This document shows, piece by piece, positions 8,322-16,810 of a stretch of DNA of 29,781 bases (the first letter of the stretch is position 1; the number at the start of each line of letters is the position of its first letter). The notes under the pieces were generated by a model, which saw only the letters and a list, made by a program, of their open reading frames with translations, did no database searches and had not been told where the DNA came from. Both the position numbers and the translations under genes were made by a program. Origin of the DNA: Thermovirgaceae bacterium (lineage in GTDB: Bacteria; Synergistota; Synergistia; Synergistales; Thermovirgaceae). The stretch covers positions 1-29,781 of the forward strand of contig JBKHBH010000018.1 of the NCBI GenBank assembly GCA_046542505.1. The letters run 5' to 3'.

Positions 8322-9119
8322 TTATATGTCAATCGTTCTGCAGACCTGTATTCCGGCGCGTTTTGCCTCTTCGAGGATCTTTTCGCCGAAATCCTCGAAG
8401 CCGGGGACGCTGCTCGTGGTGTCTTCAAGAAGGATCAGTTTTTGCAGCGTTTGATCATCCATTGCCTCCATCATGTCCCTGAGGGTGTTCGCCACACAGT
8501 GGCTCAGGGCCTGACCGGAAACGAGGACTTTTTCCGCGGAAGAAAGTTCTTCCAGGAGTTGTCGATTGAGTCGGGTATGAGGGTCTTCGGGGTCTTCCAC
8601 TTCGGCCTTGAGGACGGAGTAATGTTCCGTCCAGAGATTCATCCCCTTCAGGATGTAGTCGGCCCTCTTGACTTCACGCCGCTCCCAGCCGGTCACACGG
8701 AAGTGAATCCTTTCTTCCATGAGGTGGCCCCAGGAGGCGAGAATGCAATGCTCGGGCCATATTGTGTGGCGGTATTTCCCTGAGGACTCGAGTTTTTGCA
8801 GATATTCCGACACTTTGTCTTTTGCCGAAGGGTCTGCGGGAGTCCATTTCCCCGATGCCAGGTCTTGTGGCCCTATTTGCGTGAAGGGTTCCGGCATTTC
8901 TCCGGTCTCGTCGCGCCAGAAAGAAGGGTGGGAGATGTCCGTGACGAAATGGGTGTCGAGAGTGACGTGGAAATTTCTCATCTTTCGGCTTTCCATGAGT
9001 CTGTCCATGAGAGCGCAGAGCCTTGATGTGTCATCCGGGGCTCCAGGCACGAACAGTGATCCTTTCGGATGACAAAAGTCATTCTGGGCGTCGACAATAA
9101 GCATGTCAACTGTTGCCAT
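8322..9119 (-). CDS. Nicotinamidase / isochorismatase-family cysteine hydrolase
   Basis: LIVDAQNDFC, TLDTH, WPEHC, KG and GQALSHCV motifs (Asp-Lys-Cys triad plus metal ligands); ATG9119 after AAAGGAG. Confidence 0.88.
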   Translation of the reverse strand: MATVDMLIVDAQNDFCHPKGSLFVPGAPDDTSRLCALMDRLMESRKMRNFHVTLDTHFVTDISHPSFWRDETGEMPEPFTQIGPQDLASGKWTPADPSAKDKVSEYLQKLESSGKYRHTIWPEHCILASWGHLMEERIHFRVTGWERREVKRADYILKGMNLWTEHYSVLKAEVEDPEDPHTRLNRQLLEELSSAEKVLVSGQALSHCVANTLRDMMEAMDDQTLQKLILLEDTTSSVPGFEDFGEKILEEAKRAGIQVCRTIDI

Positions 9120-9228
9120 GACAATCACTCCTTTCTCCTGTGCTTCTTCAATCCTACCAAAGTGGTATCCTGTTTGGACATATCCCCAAGGCTTCAATGC
9201 ATCCTGTGCAGAATCTGGAGGAGACGAC

Positions 9229-9834
9229 ATGAAACTCGTACGGTGTACCGTTAAACAGGTGGATCTTTTGACGCGAACCATTATGCGGGCTTTCCGAAAG
9301 GATCCCTTCTATGAATATGTGCTGTCTTCACCGGCGAACCGCAAAAAAGGTGACCGGGCTCTCTTTCGCTATATGGTGCGGCTGGGTGTCCTCTACGGGC
9401 GCACCGAAGCTGTTTCGGGAAAATGCGAAGCGGCCGCTGTCTGGTTCCCTTCGACAGGTGTTCCCGGATCCGCCTGGTACCAGAGAAGGGCAGGGGTGCT
9501 GCGGGCCCGGCTGTATCTGGGACGTGAGATCATGGCGCGATACGAGCGCATCAATGTTCAAGTGTTTTCTCTGCAGGAAAAGCTGGCCCCTTTTCCGCAT
9601 TGGTATCTTTTCCTGCTCGCCGTGGATCCCGACAGGCAAGGGGAAGGTCTCGGCAGGCGTCTTCTGGAATCAGGCCTTTTCGGACTCGATGCAATCAGCA
9701 TGCCATGTTACCTGGAGACGTTTCGTGGTGATACGGCTGAAATGTACGAGAAATTCGGGTTTCGGACGCTGGAAGAGCGATGTCTTTCAGAGGAGGGACT
9801 GAAGGTTTTTTGTATGATTCGTCACCCCCAATGA
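9229..9834 (+). CDS. GNAT family N-acetyltransferase
   Basis: HWYLFLLAVDPDRQGEGLGRRLL (acetyl-CoA motif A), CYLET, YEKFGF; ATG9229 after GGAGGAG. Confidence 0.88.
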   Translation: MKLVRCTVKQVDLLTRTIMRAFRKDPFYEYVLSSPANRKKGDRALFRYMVRLGVLYGRTEAVSGKCEAAAVWFPSTGVPGSAWYQRRAGVLRARLYLGREIMARYERINVQVFSLQEKLAPFPHWYLFLLAVDPDRQGEGLGRRLLESGLFGLDAISMPCYLETFRGDTAEMYEKFGFRTLEERCLSEEGLKVFCMIRHPQ

Positions 9835-9887
9835 GGACGGATTACGTCTCAAAATCGCCGTTATTCGCAGTTATTTGGCGTTTTTGT

Positions 9888-9916
9888 TTGACAGAATGAA
9901 CAAAAAATGTAATAAT
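9888..9916 (+). promoter_or_regulatory. Sigma70 promoter of the binding protein-patA unit
   Basis: TTGACA-N17-AATAAT with TG at the extended -10 position. Confidence 0.65.
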
Positions 9917-9974
9917 GCTTATGCTTAACTTTGCATGTTTTGCTTTCGATCATGCAATTCTGGAAAGTTCCTTA

Positions 9975-10003
9975 GGCCCGGCAAGGTAGCGGGGCCCTTT
10001 TTT
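9975..10003 (+). terminator. Terminator-like hairpin inside the 5' leader (possible attenuator)
   Basis: GGCCCGGC-AAGGTA-GCGGGGCC (7 of 8 pairs) then C and T6; lies downstream of the promoter and upstream of the CDS. Confidence 0.6.
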
Positions 10004-10127
10004 ATAACCTGGCTGGACGTTTCTCCTTCCGCGTGGTTTTTGTTTTTTAAGATTATGGGTTTGTGACGCTGTTTTTATACAGCAGCGCTGGTAGAGAAGT
10101 AAATTTTGGAAGAAGGAGAGTGTGTGC

Positions 10128-11051
10128 ATGCGAAACTGCTTGAAAATGACAATGGCTGTTCTATTGATAGTGAGTCTGATGACGTCGGGAGGGCTCTCGG
10201 CGAAAGCCCTTGCGGCCGAGATGCCGGAAGAATACGAGGGGACCGTCCGAATAGCGGCGCAAACCATAAACGAAACGGTTGTACTTGCCTGGATGGCAAA
10301 ACACTTGCTTGACGAATACACGGGGCTGGAGACGAAAATCACGACGAGTTTCATCTCGGAAAACCCTCTTCACGTAGCCATGGTCAGCGGAGAGGTCGAT
10401 ATTTATCCTGGGTGGACCGGGACGCAGCTCACGGGGATCCTCAGGTATGACGGCCCCAATCTCTCAGCTGAAGAATCTTTCAAAATAGTCAAGGAAGGAT
10501 TCGAGAAAAACTTCGATATAACCTGGGCCAAGCCGGTTGGTTTTAATAACACCTATGTCATGGCCGTCAGGAGAGAAACTGCAGAAAAATACGGGCTCGA
10601 AAAAGCATCGGATCTCAAAGAATATGCCGGCGACTGGAAACTGGGAGGAGACGAAAATTTCGACACCCGTCCTGATGCCTATCCGGGCTGGTCCGAAGCA
10701 TACGGGATTGAGTTCAAGGACATCGTCCCCATGCAGTATTCCATGATGTACAGGGCGATTGACAACAATGAAGTCGACGTTATCGCGGCCTATTCGACGG
10801 ATCCAAGGATCGCCAAGCTTGACCTGGTGATGCTCGAGGACGACAGGGAATTTTTCCCCGACTATCACGCAGCCTACATCGTTGACATGGGTATGCTTGA
10901 AGAATACCCCGCCGTTCTGGATGTTCTTGAAAAACTGAGCGGGAAGATCGACGAAGCCACAATGTCAGGACTGAATGGCCGTTATGACGAGGGGGAAGCT
11001 CCGGAAGACATAGCAGAGGAGTATCTCAAGTCCATCGGGCTCATAAGCTAG
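10128..11051 (+). CDS. OpuAC/OsmF-family (glycine betaine/choline-type) ABC substrate-binding protein
   Basis: Signal peptide ending ALA-AE with no lipobox; VDIYPGWTGT, GFNNTYVMAV, AYSTDPRI and LEDDREFFPDY motifs; AAGGAG RBS. Confidence 0.88.
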   Translation: MRNCLKMTMAVLLIVSLMTSGGLSAKALAAEMPEEYEGTVRIAAQTINETVVLAWMAKHLLDEYTGLETKITTSFISENPLHVAMVSGEVDIYPGWTGTQLTGILRYDGPNLSAEESFKIVKEGFEKNFDITWAKPVGFNNTYVMAVRRETAEKYGLEKASDLKEYAGDWKLGGDENFDTRPDAYPGWSEAYGIEFKDIVPMQYSMMYRAIDNNEVDVIAAYSTDPRIAKLDLVMLEDDREFFPDYHAAYIVDMGMLEEYPAVLDVLEKLSGKIDEATMSGLNGRYDEGEAPEDIAEEYLKSIGLIS

Positions 11052-11082
11052 ATCTCTTAGTGTAGAAAAAAGGAGGTTTTCC

Positions 11083-12429
11083 TTGAAAGACAGGGGATTG
11101 AAAGTCAGGGAACTGACGCAGGAAGCACTGGGGCTGATTTCGAAAACCAGTCTCGAGGAAAATGAAAAGAAACAGTTGATTGAAGATACGGTCAAAAACT
11201 TCCGGGAGCACCTGAACCCCGGGTTTTTGGAATATCGCAAATCGGTCTCGACGGACTATACCGCTTTGGAATGGGAGGACCGAGGGGCCACCTTTATGGA
11301 TGTCAGCGGGCACGAATTCATCGACTGCCTGGGAGGCTACGGGATGTTTAATTGCGGCCACAGGCATCCCAAAATCCTGAAGGCACTGACGGATCAGCTC
11401 AGGCGACAGGCACTGAGTTCCCAGGAGCTTCTGGACCCGTTCCGTGGAAAGCTGGCAGAAATACTTTCCATTGCTTCGCCAGGGGATCTCCAATACTCCT
11501 TTTTTACCAACAGCGGGACGGAAAGTGTTGAAGCGACTTTGAAGCTGGCGAGACTCCATACGGGAAAAACAGGCATTATTTCAACGATCGGTGCCTTTCA
11601 CGGCAAAAGCATGGGCTCTTTGAGCGCCACGTCGAAGGCGATGTTCAGGGAACCTTTCCTGCCACTGGTTCCAGGGTTTCACCACGTTCCATACGGGGAT
11701 GCCGAAGCGGTGGAAAGGAAAATAAAGACATCGGCCTATACGGGAAACGATATTGCTGCCGTGATCCTTGAACCGATACAGGGTGAAGGTGGTGTCAATG
11801 TACCGCCATCGGGATATTTGAAAGAGGTCCGTGAAATTTGTGACAGGCATGGAGTTCTTTTGATCTTGGACGAGGTACAGACCGGAATGGGACGCACAGG
11901 GAAACTCTGGTGCTGCGATCACGAGGATGTTGCCCCTGACCTGATGGCCGTAGGAAAAGCCTTTGGCGGGGGAGTCATGCCGGCGGGCGCAGTAATTGGT
12001 ACCAAAGAAGTCTGGGAGAAATGGACGCCCAACCCCTTCCTGCATTCGACAACCTTCGGCGGCAACCCCTTGGCCTGTGCGGCGGCTATTGCTGCCTTTG
12101 ACGTTATCTTTGAGGAAAATCTCTGCGAAAAAGCGGCTGAAAACGGGTCCTATTTCATGGACGGCATCAGCAACATCGGCAAAAATTACCCGGAGGTGTT
12201 CAAGGAGGTTCGAGGCAAAGGGCTTCTGATCGGTATGGAGTTCACTTCCAATGAAAAGGGTTATGCCGTGGCTTCGGGACTTTTCAAAAGAGGGGTTCTT
12301 GTAGCAGGGACCATGATCAATTCGAAAACGATCCGTGTCGAGCCGCCCTTGACGATTTCCCGGGAAATGATAGACAGGGTGCTCGAGATTTTATTTGAGA
12401 CACTTGAAAGTGTGAAAAAGGGCGATTGA
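11083..12429 (+). CDS. patA: Putrescine aminotransferase (class III PLP)
   Basis: EHLNPGFLEYRKSV, FIDCLGGYG, NSGTESVE, GAFHGKS, LEPIQGEGG, DEVQTGMGRTG, GKAFGGG, VLVAGTMINSKTIRVEPPL; closely PatA/YgjG-like. TTG start after AAGGAGG. Confidence 0.92.
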   Translation: MKDRGLKVRELTQEALGLISKTSLEENEKKQLIEDTVKNFREHLNPGFLEYRKSVSTDYTALEWEDRGATFMDVSGHEFIDCLGGYGMFNCGHRHPKILKALTDQLRRQALSSQELLDPFRGKLAEILSIASPGDLQYSFFTNSGTESVEATLKLARLHTGKTGIISTIGAFHGKSMGSLSATSKAMFREPFLPLVPGFHHVPYGDAEAVERKIKTSAYTGNDIAAVILEPIQGEGGVNVPPSGYLKEVREICDRHGVLLILDEVQTGMGRTGKLWCCDHEDVAPDLMAVGKAFGGGVMPAGAVIGTKEVWEKWTPNPFLHSTTFGGNPLACAAAIAAFDVIFEENLCEKAAENGSYFMDGISNIGKNYPEVFKEVRGKGLLIGMEFTSNEKGYAVASGLFKRGVLVAGTMINSKTIRVEPPLTISREMIDRVLEILFETLESVKKGD

Positions 12430-12482
12430 TTACACTGCGGTAATCAGCCGGCGTTTATGCAACGCTCGCGTTTTTTCTCAGT

Positions 12483-12517
12483 GAGACAGGGCATTCTTAA
12501 TGCCCTGTCTCTTTTTT
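12483..12517 (+). terminator. Intrinsic terminator after patA
   Basis: GAGACAGGGCATT / AATGCCCTGTCTC 13-bp stem followed by T6. Confidence 0.9.
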
Positions 12518-12687
12518 GGCCTGTCTGGATTTGATTTTTCGTTTGGTTCTGCAAGATCAGCCTGGTGTATGATGAATAAAAAGCGTGTTTCGTCTGCCTT
12601 TTACATGCTGCGTGTTCTCGGGGGACCGAAAGACTCTTGACGGGGATGGCGAAACGCAAACAATACCGGACAACAAGGGGGAGCACG

Positions 12688-13680
12688 ATGGACACATCGA
12701 AGAACACTGTAAGAGCCGCTGTCGTCCAGGCAGCACCGGTTATCATGGACGGGAAGAGGACGCTGGAAAAAGCCCTGGATCTTGTAAATGTCTGCGGGCG
12801 AGAGAACGCCAGGATCATCGTTTTTCCAGAAGCCTTCATTCCAGCCTACCCAAGGGGTCTCTCTTTCGGAACCGTTGTGGGCAGCCGATCCGAAGGGGGC
12901 CGGAAGGACTTCGGAAGGTATTTCAGAAACTGTGTCGATGTTCCTTCCGAGACGACGGAGGCCCTTGGGCAGGCCGCGAAAAAATACGGCGCCTATTTGG
13001 TCATGGGCGTCGTTGAGCGGGAGGGCGGCACCCTTTTTTGCACGACACTGTACTTCGGCCCTGACGGAAGCTTGCTCGGCAAGCACAGGAAACTGAAACC
13101 AACCGGGTTGGAACGGATTATCTGGGGGGAGGGCGACGGGAGCACCCTGACCGTGGTCGACACACCCTACGGGAAACTCGGCGGTCTCATTTGCTGGGAG
13201 AACTACATGCCCCTTGCCCGAGCGGCCGTATACGGCAAAGGGACGACACTCTACGTGGCTCCCACGGCGGATGCGAGAGAGGAATGGCAGGCGACGATCC
13301 GCCACATAGCCCTTGAAGGCCGTTGTTTCGTTTTGTCCGTCAACCAGTATGTCCATAAATCAATGTATCCCGAGGATCTCGAATGTTTTTCGGATCTCGA
13401 GAACCAGTCGGAGCACATATGCCCGGGCGGGAGCGCGATTATCGGACCCCTCGGACAATATCTCGCGGGCCCTGTCAGGGACAGGGAGGACATTCTCTTG
13501 GCCGATCTTGATCTATCCCTTATTCCCCAAAGCCGGTTCGATTTTGACGTCGTGGGCCACTACGCCCGTCCTGATGTGTTTCGCCTCCTGGTGGACGAAA
13601 GGCCCAGACGGAGTGTCTCTTTTTCTGCAAAAGAAGAAAACCGGGGCGACGAAAACAACCCACCGGAAGATATGGATTAA
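12688..13680 (+). CDS. Nitrilase (carbon-nitrogen hydrolase, branch 1-like)
   Basis: VFPEAFIPAYP (Glu), HRKLKPTGLERIIWG (Lys), LICWENYMPLAR (Cys), DVVGHYARPDVF; ATG12688 after AAGGGGGAG. Confidence 0.92.
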   Translation: MDTSKNTVRAAVVQAAPVIMDGKRTLEKALDLVNVCGRENARIIVFPEAFIPAYPRGLSFGTVVGSRSEGGRKDFGRYFRNCVDVPSETTEALGQAAKKYGAYLVMGVVEREGGTLFCTTLYFGPDGSLLGKHRKLKPTGLERIIWGEGDGSTLTVVDTPYGKLGGLICWENYMPLARAAVYGKGTTLYVAPTADAREEWQATIRHIALEGRCFVLSVNQYVHKSMYPEDLECFSDLENQSEHICPGGSAIIGPLGQYLAGPVRDREDILLADLDLSLIPQSRFDFDVVGHYARPDVFRLLVDERPRRSVSFSAKEENRGDENNPPEDMD

Positions 13681-13788
13681 AGGCATGGAAGGAAGAGGTC
13701 CATTTGGATCTCATGGAAGCCGTTTGTCCTTCAGGGAAGTATTCATTGATGCGGGAAGCGTCAGGTTGTAAAAATGGGAGGTTGTCCG

Positions 13789-14373
13789 ATGCGTTGTGAT
13801 CGATGCGAGAAGAAACCCTGCGGCACAGGAGACCCCTGTATCGAAACGGATAGTGACGAACTCTATTCGGACCCCGAAGAGCGGAAGCTGTTTCGTGTTT
13901 CCGCGGAAGTGGAAGCCCTGTATTACGGGGAGATTTGCCGCCTGGAGGAAATCATGGAGTTCTGCCGGCGAATGGAGTATGAAAAAATCGGTCTGGCCTT
14001 TTGCATCGGGCTGGCCGAAGAGGCTCGGGTCGTTGCGGAAATTCTTGAACGGGAGTTCGAAGTGCATTCCGTCTGCTGCAAGGTGGGAGGATTGCCGAAA
14101 GAAAAATTCGACATGCCGGAACGTCCCTGGATCGGTTCAGTAACTTGCAACCCCGCCGAGCAGGCCCGTATTCTCGATGAAGAAGGATGCCAGATGCATG
14201 TGGTTTTGGGCCTGTGCGTAGGACATGACTCACTGTTTTACCGACATGCGAAGGCGCCGGTTACGACCCTGGTAACGAAGGACAGGAAACTGGGACACAA
14301 CCCTGTCGCTGCGGTGTACTGCCCTTATGTACGGGATCATATCGGCGGCAGGCCCGCCGAAAAAATAAAGTAG
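13789..14373 (+). CDS. DUF1847 family Cys-rich putative metal-binding protein
   Basis: CxxCxxxxC N-terminus, RLEEIMEFC, KIGLAFCIGL, SVCCKVG, CNPAEQA, GLCVGHDSLF, TTLVTKDRKLGHNP; ATG13789 after GGGAGG. Confidence 0.88.
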   Translation: MRCDRCEKKPCGTGDPCIETDSDELYSDPEERKLFRVSAEVEALYYGEICRLEEIMEFCRRMEYEKIGLAFCIGLAEEARVVAEILEREFEVHSVCCKVGGLPKEKFDMPERPWIGSVTCNPAEQARILDEEGCQMHVVLGLCVGHDSLFYRHAKAPVTTLVTKDRKLGHNPVAAVYCPYVRDHIGGRPAEKIK

Positions 14374-14483
14374 ACGGAGCATGTGCGGTGACTGATTTAT
14401 ACTTGTCAATAATACGGGGAAGAGAGTCCTAATGGATTTGCCAAAGAATTTGCGTGACGCATGAAACACGGGAGGTGGAGGAA

Positions 14484-15659
14484 ATGAAGCACGAAGCCCC
14501 AAGAAACGTACCGGAAAAACTTTTGCTGGGACCAGGACCGACTCCTGTTGAAAGCAGGGTTTTGAGAGCTCTTTCGGAACCAACGCTGGGACATCTGGAC
14601 AAGAACTTTGTCTCCATCATGGACGAGACCAGGGATCTGCTCAGGTATGTTTTCCAGACGAAAAACGATTTGACGGTGGCAATGTCTGGGACCGGAAGCG
14701 CGGGCATGGAGACGGCCTGCGTCAACATGATCGAAAGGGGCGACAAGGTCATCGTCTGTGCCCACGGGGTGTTCGGCACCAGGATGGTTGACGTGGCGGA
14801 GCGGTGCGGCGCCGAAGTCGTGACCGTTTCGGCGCCCATGGGCAAGCCCGTAGATGCGGAAGACGTGGCTCGGGCGATCAGGGACAATCCCGATGCGAAA
14901 CTGGTGGGAATCGTTCACGCCGAAACCTCGACGGGTGTGCTCCAGCCTTTGGAGGAAATTTCTGGAACCGCCCATGACGCGGGCATGTTCATGGTCGTAG
15001 ACGCTGTAACCTCTCTGGGTGGCATGGAAGTCCCCGTTGACCGGCTCGGGCTTGACATGGTCTACAGCGGGACCCAGAAATGCCTCGCCTGCCCTCCCGG
15101 CCTTGCACCGGTGACGGTTGGTCAGAAGGCTGTGGAACTCATCAAAAACAGGCAGCAAAAGGTTCAGAGCTGGTACCTCGACCTGACAATGATTATGCGC
15201 TATTGGGGAGAGGAACGTTTCTATCACCATACAGCCCCTGTGAACATGATCTACGGGTTGAATGAAGCCTTGCGGATTATCGCCGAAGAAGGACTCGAGA
15301 ACCGGTGGAAAAGACACAAAAAGAATGCCGAGGCCCTTTGGGAAGGTCTCGAAGCCCTTGGCGTGAGGCTTTTGGTGGGCGAAAAATTCAGATTGCCGAG
15401 CCTGACGTCCATCGTCGTTCCGGAAGCCGTCGACGAGGCGAGGGTGAGAAAAGACCTTATGGGCGAGTACGCCATCGAAATCGGTTCCGGACTCGGCGAG
15501 CTCAAGGGGAAGATTCTTCGTATCGGGCTCATGGGAAGCGGTTCGAAGAAGGAGAACATCGTGTTCTTCCTCTCGGCTTTCGGCAACGTATTGAAGAAAC
15601 AGGGATTTGCAGCGGATGTCAGTGGAGCCCTGGAAGCTGTCGAAAAGAAGCTCTCCTGA
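14484..15659 (+). CDS. Alanine-glyoxylate / serine-pyruvate aminotransferase family (class V PLP)
   Basis: LLGPGP, SGTGSAGME, VHAETSTG, VDAVTSLGG, YSGTQKCL (PLP Lys), YHHTAPVN, LRIGLMG; ATG14484 after GGAGG. Confidence 0.93.
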   Translation: MKHEAPRNVPEKLLLGPGPTPVESRVLRALSEPTLGHLDKNFVSIMDETRDLLRYVFQTKNDLTVAMSGTGSAGMETACVNMIERGDKVIVCAHGVFGTRMVDVAERCGAEVVTVSAPMGKPVDAEDVARAIRDNPDAKLVGIVHAETSTGVLQPLEEISGTAHDAGMFMVVDAVTSLGGMEVPVDRLGLDMVYSGTQKCLACPPGLAPVTVGQKAVELIKNRQQKVQSWYLDLTMIMRYWGEERFYHHTAPVNMIYGLNEALRIIAEEGLENRWKRHKKNAEALWEGLEALGVRLLVGEKFRLPSLTSIVVPEAVDEARVRKDLMGEYAIEIGSGLGELKGKILRIGLMGSGSKKENIVFFLSAFGNVLKKQGFAADVSGALEAVEKKLS

Positions 15660-15704
15660 ATGAAACGGGAGCAAATCATGTAACACACAGGACTCCGGCA
15701 AACC

Positions 15705-15740
15705 GGCCGGGTGAATCGAGCCCGGCCTGGCGCCCTTTTT
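15705..15740 (+). terminator. Possible terminator after the class V aminotransferase
   Basis: GGCCGGG / CCCGGCC stem; the T5 run is displaced by several bases. Confidence 0.4.
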
Positions 15741-15808
15741 CGACACGATTTCCGTTGCAGGAAGGTTTCAGGTATATATGATATGCAGGCAATGAAAGGG
15801 GCTGCTGA

Positions 15809-16729
15809 ATGGAGGATCAAAAATCGGGGACAAAGCACGAGCGGGCTGGGTTTTTTGCTGCCGTTGCGGCCTTTGGTTCGTGGGGGTTTTTGCCCGTTTT
15901 CTGGAAGCAGCTGAAAGATGTGCCTGCACTGGAGATTCTGTGTCATCGAATATTCTGGTCCATGGTTTTTGTCTTTATCGTCTTGTTTGTTCAGGGGCGC
16001 CTCAGGGAAATCGGCGAGATCGTCAGGAAACCGCGCATCGCCGCTCTTCTCACACTGAGTGGAGCTGCGGTGGGACTGAACTGGCTGATTTTCATATGGG
16101 CCGTCAACGTTGACAGGGTCCTGGAAGTCAGCCTCGGATACTATATCAACCCGCTGATGACGGTCTTTTTGGGATTCATCGTATTCAGGGATATTTTGCG
16201 GCCCATTCAATGGATCGCCATCGGGATAGCCGCCGCGGGCCTGGGGTACCAGCTGGCCCTTTTCGGCAGACTGCCTCTTGCGGGACTTGGCGTGGCAACA
16301 ACTTTTGCATTGTACGGTCTGATCCGGAAAGTGACTCCTGTAGGCGCTATTTCGGGGCTTTTCGGCGAGATGATTGTTTTGACTGTGCCGGCACTGGCAT
16401 ATCTTCTGTTTCTGGCATCAGGCGGTCAAGGGGCCTTTCTCTTTGGCCCGGTGCACAGGGATGTCTTTCTCATTGCATCAGGCGTGGTGACTTCGATCCC
16501 ACTTTTCTGTTTTGCATACGCGGCACGGCGCCTTCGCCTGGTTACCATAGGCATCCTCCAGTATATTGGTCCGACGATTTCCTTTTTCCTGGGGACGTTC
16601 CTGTACAAGGAACCCCTGACCATGACACAGATCATCACTTTTTCCTGCGTCTGGACGGCCGTGGTGCTTTATACAGTTGACAGTGTCATGGTGGCCAGGC
16701 GTTCTGCACCGCCCCGGTCGGCCGGATAA
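15809..16729 (+). CDS. rarD: EamA-family transporter RarD
   Basis: WGFLPVFWK, EILCHRIFWS, NWLIFIWAV, SLGYYINPL, YGLIRK and GILQYIGPT motifs; about ten TM segments. Confidence 0.92.
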   Translation: MEDQKSGTKHERAGFFAAVAAFGSWGFLPVFWKQLKDVPALEILCHRIFWSMVFVFIVLFVQGRLREIGEIVRKPRIAALLTLSGAAVGLNWLIFIWAVNVDRVLEVSLGYYINPLMTVFLGFIVFRDILRPIQWIAIGIAAAGLGYQLALFGRLPLAGLGVATTFALYGLIRKVTPVGAISGLFGEMIVLTVPALAYLLFLASGGQGAFLFGPVHRDVFLIASGVVTSIPLFCFAYAARRLRLVTIGILQYIGPTISFFLGTFLYKEPLTMTQIITFSCVWTAVVLYTVDSVMVARRSAPPRSAG

Positions 16730-16810
16730 TGCACCGGGAGGACAGCGTGATTTCTTGTATAATGAACGCAAGGCGCAGCATTCGAGCCATTCCGAAAGGA
16801 GTACCAGGAA

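Noticed and set aside
9960..10000. GGTAGCGGGG resembling the 3' part of a c-di-GMP-I riboswitch
   Set aside because: GGCAAA/GAAA/GACGCAAA core is absent.
12688..13680. Calling the C-N hydrolase N-carbamoylputrescine amidase because it follows patA
   Set aside because: CWENYMP and KLKPT are nitrilase-branch motifs (the amidase has CWDQW), and a strong terminator separates it from patA.
14415..14480. Glycine-riboswitch-like wording (GAGAG-stem-TGCCAAAG-stem-GAAAC) upstream of the class V aminotransferase
   Set aside because: The conserved CTCTCAGG strand is absent, so P3 cannot pair. An Rfam Glycine covariance search would settle it.
14406..16210. 446-aa and 319-aa minus-strand ORFs
   Set aside because: They lie antisense to the class V aminotransferase and rarD; no family signal, typical codon-bias shadows.
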